A stretch of DNA of 64,000 nucleotides from Nemertoderma westbladi (taxonomy: Eukaryota; Animalia; Xenacoelomorpha). Where the stretch lies: NCBI GenBank assembly GCA_032718475.1, contig JAUCBJ010000176.1:1-64000 (forward strand), read 5' to 3'. A program made the position numbers and the translations under genes. The notes under the pieces were generated by a model that saw nothing but the letters and a program-made list of their open reading frames with translations, did no database searches and had not been told where the DNA came from. Of this stretch, positions 1-7,918 are shown in pieces (position 1 is the first letter of the stretch; the number at the start of each line of letters is the position of its first letter).

Positions 1-1300
1 CAGCCGCTTTCCGTTCTGCTTCTGCCACTTTTGCCTCTGCCGCTGCCTCTGCCTCTGCTTCTGCCGCTTTTGCCTTGGCCGCTGCCGCCTTTCTTTCTGC
101 TTCTGCAGCTACCATTGCTGCTTTCTTTCTGTCTTCTATGCGTTTTTTCTTTACTTGTTCTTCCCTTTCTCTAGCGATGCGGAGTTGTTCATCGAATTTA
201 GCTTGGTTCGCCGCTAACCTATCCACATCAATCGCATCTAACACAAGTTTGGCTCCTTCGCTATTAGGGCTAAGTCCCTCTAGCCTTCTCCTCAACTCTT
301 CATCTCCCACAAAACGCTGATAGTCTGACAGATAGATATCAATGGCATCCTTCTTATGCGGTTTCTCTGCCGTCGCTTCACTTTCCACTTGGGAAAAAGT
401 AGCGTCTGTTGATTCTCCATGGGTTGAGCGCTCCTCCAACTGAGCCTTCCACTGAGCTGCTCCTTGAACCTGGCGACTCACCCGTTGAAACCAAGTCTTT
501 ACGGCAACTTGCAACGACGTGTCTTGCTTTCGTTTAGAAGCCTCTTCAAAGGCGGATAAGATTAGCCTAATCCGCAGAACTCTTTCTCTAACTTGATAAA
601 GCAGCGATCCCTGCTCTTGAGGTCCTTGAGGTTGTTGAAAAAGTTGCCTTTCTATTCGCTCCATAGAGCTGAAGAATCCCTGTGCGTATCCGGCTGCGGA
701 CCTCTTCCACACAGCTGGATCGATGGTTTCCTTGGCTACTCCCATCCGGTGTATGTCTTCCCAGGCAGCTTCTGATAAATCAAACGGGAGTCCGGGTCCG
801 GGGAAGTTCCATTGCGACTCGACAATAGACTTCAGTTCTTCACTAGTGTAGCCCGCGTAGCTATCTCTAGTTGTCCGTTGACTCTTCGCCCAATCGATCT
901 GGTGTTCTTCCACCGCGATCAATAACCCGGCGAGCACGGCTGCAGGAAGGATGAGAAGGGGATCCGTATAAACCGCATCCGTCATCTCTGCTCCGCGCTC
1001 GGGTGTCAACTCTACAGTATCATCACTACTGGAGCTGCTGGGCCGCTGAGGCATAAGTTCTTGACTAGCGGGTTGTTGCTGTTCCGCTGCCCTTTGGTCT
1101 CGCTTGACCTGAGCTCGAGTGCCTATGATAGACCTACGATGTTGGACTAGCCTAGGTTCTGTTATTACTACTGGAGGGATGACCTTCCTCACAGTGGGAG
1201 GTGAACTGGATTTACGACCAGACTGTTGTACGTCTCTATCTGAGTCGCAGATAGTTACATCTAATAGACTGTCTGAAAGGTTCTGCCTAGTATCAGACAT
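1..1300 (-). CDS. Gag-like ORF1, N-terminal part (partial, >433 aa, open to window edge)
   Basis: ATG at 1300 (MSDTRQNLSDSLLD...). I translated it by hand and found no stop down to base 2. It is homologous to 7919..9433 and ends in the A/E/K-rich coiled-coil region. It is probably missing from the ORF track because its stop lies outside the window. Confidence 0.85.
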   Translation of the reverse strand, partial: MSDTRQNLSDSLLDVTICDSDRDVQQSGRKSSSPPTVRKVIPPVVITEPRLVQHRRSIIGTRAQVKRDQRAAEQQQPASQELMPQRPSSSSSDDTVELTPERGAEMTDAVYTDPLLILPAAVLAGLLIAVEEHQIDWAKSQRTTRDSYAGYTSEELKSIVESQWNFPGPGLPFDLSEAAWEDIHRMGVAKETIDPAVWKRSAAGYAQGFFSSMERIERQLFQQPQGPQEQGSLLYQVRERVLRIRLILSAFEEASKRKQDTSLQVAVKTWFQRVSRQVQGAAQWKAQLEERSTHGESTDATFSQVESEATAEKPHKKDAIDIYLSDYQRFVGDEELRRRLEGLSPNSEGAKLVLDAIDVDRLAANQAKFDEQLRIAREREEQVKKKRIEDRKKAAMVAAEAERKAAAAKAKAAEAEAEAAAEAKVAEAERKAA

Positions 1301-2649
1301 ATTTGTATGTACAGTTGAATGCCTACTGCTATATTATAGTCTAAGCAAGTCTAGTAACTCAGTATTAATTGCTAGCCTAGTAATCAATTACCGGTACTGC
1401 TACTCAGTGTAGCTTGATATATATATAATATATTAGAATACCGGTATACTTATAGTATATATAACTATATAAGTATTATTACAGACTAGGTTTATCACAG
1501 AATACCGGTATAATTTTAGCACAAATATATATAAATATATAATAGGCCTATCGGAGTACCGGTATACAGCTTACAGTTAGTAGGATATATAATTCTGAAA
1601 TAGAATTAATTACAAGTACCGGTATAATTTCAGCCTAGATTTATAGAAATAAAGATAATAGGCCTATCGTAAATACCGGTATATCAATTATTTTAGAATA
1701 ATTGAATTTCTGAACTTTAGGGTTACTTGGTTACTTTAACTTACTTTATTACCGTTATTTAAGCAGTAATCCAACTTATATTGAGGCCTAATGGTTGTAT
1801 GGTAGGCCTACGATTTATAAATCGTTAGATTTGATTTATAATATATATATACCCGTTTTAATGGGTTTTGTCAATGTTTGAAATAAATGTTATTATTTCT
1901 GGGGAGTAATCACTACACAAAGCGGTGCGCTTTCAGTGAAGTGTTACGTACAGGACACTAAAACAAATAATACTAATTTACCTAAGTTACTTAATACTAC
2001 AAATTACGTACAATTCGGGTTGAGATTACAATCTCTAAATAAACACAAAATTTTACAAAAACACAAATACGAATTTTTAGGGTAATTTTACAAGAAGTCT
2101 ACAAACCAGTCTAACAAAGGGTTAGAAAACTGATTATTACAGCGGACAGGGTACTACGGTATTTGAAATAATAAGTAGTAGTAAATACACTGTGTTGTCC
2201 AGATAGGAAAATACCACCGCCTGACGACCTATAGCCGTATCGCTATAGGTTCTACGTTATGTATCACGGAGTGTCCCTACCTAGAAGTTAATAGAGCTAT
2301 CCAATGTGCCTATTAACCACTTTACAACACAAATATAATGCCTACAATAATTACTTCGGAAAGTACGGTACACTAAACCCTAAATTAGGTACGAGTACTT
2401 GTATAACAAATAATCAGTAGTTAAATATACTTGAACAGCTAAAAGAACCACGGCATCTGCTGGAGTGACCGATGCACAAAATCACCAGTCTTTACCTACG
2501 CCGAGCAGCCCGTATAGTACCGAGGTTAATTTAACTATAACGGTATGTATAACAAACACAATTACTGTAGGAACAAACTTGGGGAATGAATGTTGCGAAT
2601 AATCGCATAAACTCTGAATAATAAATATTACGCTACGCGTACAAACTAC

Positions 2650-3190
2650 TCAAATAAAATACAGACCGAACACTGACAGACTACTATCAAGCCTAAACAA
2701 ACTACGGTATATGCAGACTCCGAAATGATTAGGGAGTATGCGCTCTAACCCAGTAGTGCGACTTATTCTTTAGTTGGGGGTTTACCTTACAGTATTCACT
2801 GCCCCTACTGCCTAATCGTACTTAATCGGACAGATGCTCTACACACGCGGCAATCCGTTCAGACCTAATAACAGCCAGACAACTATCCAGCCTACAAATT
2901 ATCTAAATAAATTATACGCTACCTTTACAGACTTACACAAACAAAGTACAGACCAAACGATGGCAGACTACTCTCAAGCCTAAATAAACCACAGGACATG
3001 CAGACTCCGAAATGATTAGGGAGTATGCGCTCTAACCCAGTAGTGCGACTTATTCTTTAGTTGGGGGTTTACCTTACAGTGTTGCTGCCCCTACTTCCTA
3101 ATCGTACTTAATCGGACAGGTGCTCTACACACACTGTAATCCGTTCAGACTTAACAGCAATCAGACAACAGCTCAGCCTACAAATTGTCT
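2650..3190 (-). repeat. 287-bp tandem duplication in leader of element A
   Basis: The block ATGCAGACTCCGAAATGATTAGGGAGTATGCGCTCTAACCC... occurs at 2711 and 2998. The flanks TACAGACC (2660/2947) and CAGCCTACAAATT (2888/3175) have the same offset. Confidence 0.9.
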
Positions 3191-3429
3191 GTACAATCTG
3201 ATGAGGTTTACACGCCTTCTGTTCAATACTGGCCTACAAACAAATAAAACTGACAGAAATAAGTAAGCTCCAAAAGAAACAAGGGGTGTACAGTCCCTAA
3301 TCTCTTAAACAGCCTACCGGTATACAACAATCAAATCGAATAATACTAGTGTACTTATACGGAAGTAGGTACCGGTCCGGATGATCAGGCAGTCAGGCCT
3401 ACTGGTTACCGGTCGACCGGTACTTTCGA

Positions 3430-3452
3430 CTTTATTGCTTACTGCAATAAAG
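3430..3452 (-). other. Conserved 9-bp stem-loop next to the primer-site position, element A
   Basis: CTTTATTGC-TTACT-GCAATAAAG is a perfect inverted repeat, orthologous to 5656-5680. Confidence 0.7.
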
Positions 3453-3456
3453 AAGC

Positions 3457-3468
3457 TATATCCTTTAA
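3457..3468 (-). promoter_or_regulatory. Putative self-complementary primer-binding site of element A (TTAAAGGATATA)
   Basis: It begins immediately after the LTR-terminal ACA (3471-3469 on the minus strand) and has no TGG. It is the exact reverse complement of minus-strand 4212-4201 (TATATCCTTTAA) in the same LTR. Confidence 0.75.
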
Positions 3469-4679
3469 TGTTCGCGCTTTCAGACCTTTGGCAGTTTAAC
3501 CCGCCAAATTAGAATGTCTTCTAGATAATAAATCTGCTTTTTAGTCTATGACAAGTATTTGATTCACTACACTAGTCGAAACCAATCCGTGCGCGACCAT
3601 TCACCCGCTGGATATTCCCGGGAGATTGGGTTCGACGGTTTAATTTTTATTGCTATGTAAGCCTAATGTATTATTCGACTGACAGTACTATATAATCTCT
3701 GACAATATTATTCACCTTCGGTAATATTAACAGTTCCTTTAGGACGTGGCGCTTTACCTATATAAACAGAGTTATGACTTAAACTACTCACAACGATATG
3801 GCTTAATTATAATCCACATATATGGCGCATTCTTTAGGAATTGCTTCTTTAACAGACTCACTCATACACAATGCTGCACAATACTGCACACTAATCTGCC
3901 AATCTTCACTGATTTTAGTCACATATAAAAGGAACACAGGCTGACTCATGTAGGGTCTATCAAATAACATTAGATTCACTTCAAACCACTTTAACATAAG
4001 TCACAATCGTTATTGGTAACCTTTCTCTCTTACCTTCGGTATATCAAGAATATTGGGTTGCGGGGTTATTTATCGTTATTCCAAATATAATTATTCATCA
4101 ACCATATTATGAAGAACTGACAGCAAATAGCAGTATAAAACAACAAGTCAGTACCGGTATGTCAGCAATGAGATATTCAAGTAGTCAGATGTGAGTTGCG
4201 TTAAAGGATATATGCCCTTTATAATTAAACCTACTAGTGTACGACTAAAAAACAGTACAGCACAAAATACTTCTAAGCCGTTCTTTCTTTGGCTCAAGAC
4301 TGAATGATAAACACTGCACATAGGCATTTCGTCATTTCTCGGAAATTCTCTGTACAAGGAGCCACAAAACGCTCTCATTGGCTGACTGAACTAAGAGACG
4401 CCGTAGAACAAAGGAAATCAACACGTATGAATGTCAGCTGTTAACCGTAGTCATAGTAACTACTGTTCAAGAGTAGCTATCACTCCTTTGCGTCACAAAT
4501 TGCCATAGAATCATAAAATATACCTTTCACAGTACACATACGGAGGAAATAAGTCTTAGATCCTCTAAAAACACCGATACAGTAATAATACGGTCTCTTA
4601 CACTTATCAAATCAACTACAGAGTATTTTAATGTAAAAGATAATAAAAATAACGGGGCAATTCAGCAAAGGCTTTTACA
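3469..4679 (-). repeat. 5' LTR of element A (1211 bp, TGT...ACA)
   Basis: Termini are TGTAAAAGC...GCGCGAACA. Landmarks shared with the B LTR include TAACAGCTG, CCAAT(G/C)AGAGCG, TAGTAGG...TTATA(A/G)AG, GCGCCACGTCCTAAAGGAACTGTTAATATT and CCAGCGGGTGAATGG. Confidence 0.85.
4217..4223 (-). promoter_or_regulatory. Candidate TATA box of LTR A (TATAAAG)
   Basis: Matches the TATA consensus and aligns with TATAGAG at 4878 in LTR B. A CCAAT box lies upstream at about 4381-4377, and a TCA Inr-like site lies about 31 nt downstream. Confidence 0.5.
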
Positions 4680-4877
4680 CATGGTTCTTTGTTTGGCTTG
4701 AACCAATCAGAGCGATTTTTCCTGTTGACGTGTAGCTTTTCGGTCGATCATAAGGAGTGTGTTCAGTCTTACTGTTTTTTTCTTGATACTTTCTTGTTAT
4801 TGCTGTCTAGGCCAGAAACAACGGCTCTAGAGTCAATTCGTTTCATACTTTAAGAAGAAACATTAGTAGGCTTAAAT

Positions 4878-4884
4878 TATAGAG
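4878..4884 (+). promoter_or_regulatory. Candidate TATA box of LTR B (TATAGAG), with CCAAT at 4703-4707
   Basis: Positionally conserved with TATAAAG in LTR A. Inr-like sequences TCAGTC (4898) and CCATTC (4908) lie downstream. Confidence 0.45.
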
Positions 4885-4887
4885 CGT

Positions 4888-4898
4888 ATGACTGTTAT
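4888..4898 (+). other. Putative self-primer segment ATGACTGTTAT (also 13819-13829 in the 3' LTR)
   Basis: Exact reverse complement of 5643-5653. It aligns with the equivalent segment 4212-4201 of element A. Confidence 0.72.
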
Positions 4899-5642
4899 CA
4901 GTCAAATCCATTCACAATTCAATACTTTGTTGTTATTACTGTTTAACATACATTATTATACTGCTATTTACTGTTGTGTTTGGTTGAATATTATTTGGAG
5001 AACATATATAAAAAACCCAAATTTCCCAATTTTCTTGATACACTACAGGTTAGAGAGACGGGTTATATATAGCGATTGCGACTTATATTGTTGTGGTTTG
5101 TAGTGAATTTAATGCTATTTGATAAGCACTACATTGGTCCGTTGCTATTCCCTTTATATATGATAAAATTCATTGACGGTCGGCAAATTAGTGAGCAGTA
5201 TTGTGTGTTACCGGTAGTGTGCATGATTGTGATTGATAACTAAGCATTTCCTAAAGAATGCGCCTCATACGTGAATCTTAAGCCTTACCAACTTACCGTT
5301 GTGATTAGTATAAGTCATATCTCTGTTTACTTAGATAGAGCGCCACGTCCTAAAGGAACTGTTAATATTTCCCGAAAGTAAATAATATTAGTCAGAAATT
5401 AATTATTAACGATCAATCGAATAATACAATACAGTAAGCTTCACTGCAATAATAATTTAAGCCCTCAGAATCCAGTCTCCCGGGATTATCCAGCGGGTGA
5501 ATGGACGCGCACTAGGCTGGCTTCTGCTAATGTTGTGTTTATTGGTATTAAATATTTGTCATCTTCTAAAGTATATTTATAAACCAAAAGACATATAAAT
5601 TTTGGCAGGTTAAACTGCTAAAGGTCTTCAAAAGCGCGTACA

Positions 5643-5653
5643 ATAACAGTCAT
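5643..5653 (+). promoter_or_regulatory. Putative self-complementary primer-binding site of element B (ATAACAGTCAT)
   Basis: Starts at the first base after the LTR-terminal ACA and lacks the TGG that would pair with a tRNA CCA end. It is 11/11 complementary to 4888-4898. Confidence 0.75.
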
Positions 5654-5655
5654 TG

Positions 5656-5680
5656 ACTTTATTGCAGTAAGCAATAAAGT
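5656..5680 (+). other. 10-bp perfect stem-loop containing AATAAA
   Basis: ACTTTATTGC-AGTAA-GCAATAAAGT; conserved in element A at 3430-3452. Confidence 0.7.
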
Positions 5681-5707
5681 TGAAAGTACCGGTCAACCGG
5701 TAAACCT

Positions 5708-5835
5708 GAACCGGTACTTCTGTAGGTCAGTAGGCCCAACTGCCAGAACCGGTACTGCTGTAGGTCCGTAGGTCCAACTGCCAGAACCGGTACTTCTGTA
5801 GGTCCGTAGGCCCAACTGTCCTAACCGGTACTTCC
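5708..5835 (+). repeat. 38-bp minisatellite, 3 copies plus a partial copy
   Basis: Units of GAACCGGTACTTCTGTAGGTC(A/C)GTAGGCCCAACTGCCA start at 5708, 5746 and 5784, with a partial unit at 5822. Confidence 0.9.
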
Positions 5836-6014
5836 AGCATAAGTCAGTAAGTACATTAGTATTATTCGATTTTGATTATTGTATACCGGTAGGTCTCGAT
5901 ATTAAATCGGGGACGCCTGGTTTTTATTGGGATTTTACTTAGGTCTATTTCTGTCAGTTTTATTTCCTAGTAAGTTAATATTGAGCTGAAGACGTGTAAG
6001 TCTGCTCAGATTGT

Positions 6015-6555
6015 TCAGATAATTGTAGGCCGGACTGTTGTCAGATTGTTGTTGGGTTTGGAGAGATTACGGCGTGTGTGGAGTTTGTCCGATAGAGTGC
6101 CAGTTAGTAAGTTGGGGCAGCCATTGCTGTAAGGTCAATCCCCTCTTAAAGAATAAGTCGTACTACCGTGTTAGAACGCATACTAACTAACAATTTTGGA
6201 ATCTGCACATACTGTAGTTTATTTAGGCTTGACAGTATTCTGCCAGCGTTTTGGCTTGTGTTTGTTTGTGTGGTCTGTTCAGATACCGTAATAGTTATTA
6301 CTCAGATATTTGTAGGCTGGATTGTTGTCTAGCTATTATTAGGTCTGAAGAGATTGCTGCTTGTGTAGAGTTTGTCTGATAAAGTGCCAGTTAGTAAGTT
6401 GGGGCAGTCATAACTGTAAGGTCAATCCCCTCTTAAAGAATAAGTCGTACTACCGTGTTAGAACGCATACTAACTAACCGTTTTGGAATCTGCACATACA
6501 GTAGTTTATTTAGGCTTGGTGGTAGTCTGCCAGCGTTTGGTCTGTATTTTGTTTG
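6015..6555 (+). repeat. 287-bp tandem duplication in leader of element B
   Basis: TGTAAGGTCAATCCCCTCTTAAAGAATAAGTCGTACTACCGTGTTAGAACGCATACTAACT is identical at 6128 and 6415. Confidence 0.9.
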
Positions 6556-7529
6556 AGTATTCTGTACGGGTAGCGTAATATTTATTATTCAGAGTTTATG
6601 CAATTATTCGCAACATTCATGTCCCCAAGTTTATTCCTACAGTAATTGTGTTTGTTACACATACCGTTATAGTTAAATTAACCCCGGTACTACACGGGCT
6701 GCTTGGCGTAGGAAAAGACTGGTGACTTTGTGCTTCGGTCACTCCAGCAGATGCCGTGGTTCTTTTAACTGTTCAAGTATATTTAACTACTGATTATTTG
6801 TTGTACCAGTACTTGTACCTAATTTAGGGTTTAGTGTACAGTGCTTTCCGAAGTAATTAGTGTGTAGGCAGTATATTTGTGTTGTAAAGTGGTTAATAGG
6901 CACGCTGGATCTGGTAGTCCGCGGTAATTAACTTCTAGGTAGGAACACTCCGTGATACATAACGTAGTACCTATAGCGATACGGTTATAGGTCGTCAGGC
7001 GGTGGTATTTTCCTATCTGGACAGTGCAATATATTTACTACTACTTATTATTTTCAAATACCGTAGTACCCTGTCCGTTGTAATAACCAGAATTCTAACC
7101 CTTTGTTAGGCTGGTTTGTAGACTTCCTGTAAAATTACCCTAAAATTTCGTACGTAATATTTTGTTGTGTTAAATTAGAGAATTAATCTCACCCGTATCG
7201 TAAGTAATTTGTAGTATTAAGTAACTTAGGTAAATTAGAATTATCTGTTTTAGTGTCCCATAGGTAGCACTTCACTGAGAGCGCACAGCTTTTGTGTAGT
7301 GATTACTTCCCAGAAATAATAACATCTATTTCAATATTGTAACAAAAACCCCTTTTTAACGGGTATATATCTATTATAAATCAACTCAAACGATTTATAA
7401 ATAGTAGGCCTGCCATACAACAACTAGGTCTCAATATCAGTTGGACTACTGCTTAAATAACGGTAACAAAGTAAGTTAAAGTAACCAAGTAACCCTAAAA
7501 TATTCAGAAATTCAAATATTCTAAAATAA

Positions 7530-7830
7530 TTGACATACCGGTATTTACCATAGGCTTATTATATTTATTTCTATAAATTTGAGCAGAAATCATACCGGTA
7601 TTCTGTAATTAATTCTAGTAATAATTATACTTATATACTATAAGTGTCAGCTGTATACCGGTATTCACGATAGGCCTATTATATATTTATATATATTTGT
7701 GCTAAAATTATATACCGGTACTCTGTGACAAATCTAGTCTGTAATAATACTTATATATATACTATAAGCATACCGGTATTCTAATATATTATATATATAT
7801 ATCACGCTACACTGAGTAGCAGTATCGGTA
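7530..7830 (+). repeat. Diverged ~120-bp (2 x ~60) AT-rich repeat with periodic TACCGGTA palindromes
   Basis: ACCGGT occurs at 7537, 7594, 7657, 7714 and 7772, with a degenerate copy at 7824. The contexts at 7537 and 7657 align. The pattern is mirrored in element A at about 1390-1680. Confidence 0.75.
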
Positions 7831-7918
7831 ATTAATTGTTAGGCTAACGGTGATACTGAATTACTAGACTTACTTTGACTGTATTTATAGCCTTAGGCAT
7901 TCAACTGTGTAAACAAAC

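Larger units (their letters stand above)
1..4679 (-). mobile_element. BEL/Pao-like LTR retroelement A (5' part; continues past left window edge)
   Basis: The reverse complement is colinear with element B over the LTR, the leader and ORF1. Examples: 3723-3752 vs 5340-5369, and protein blocks RRSIIGTRAQVKRDQ and DAIDIYLSDYQRF. It starts TGTAAAAGC at 4679 (minus), the same as the 3' LTR start of B at 13318. Confidence 0.88.
4680..5642 (+). repeat. 5' LTR of element B (first 293 bp displaced by element A)
   Basis: By eye it matches 13611-14573 with only two mismatches (4726/13657 and 5636/14567). It ends GCGCGTACA. Confidence 0.92.

Noticed and set aside
3198-3260. CTGATGAG as a hammerhead ribozyme core
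   Set aside because: It is antisense to element A, the counterpart in element B reads CTGAGCA, and I could not build the three stems with a properly placed GAAA.
4888-5103. 71-aa ORF duplicated at 13819..14034
   Set aside because: It lies inside the LTR, has the composition of AT-rich non-coding DNA, and its start is not conserved in LTR A. Its first 11 nt are better explained as the primer segment.
6703-6730. TGGCGTAG and TGGTGAC as possible tRNA-Ser or tRNA-Trp primer-binding sites
   Set aside because: They are only 7-8 nt matches, lie more than 1 kb from the LTR end, and are altered in element A (CGGCGTAG, TGGTGAT).
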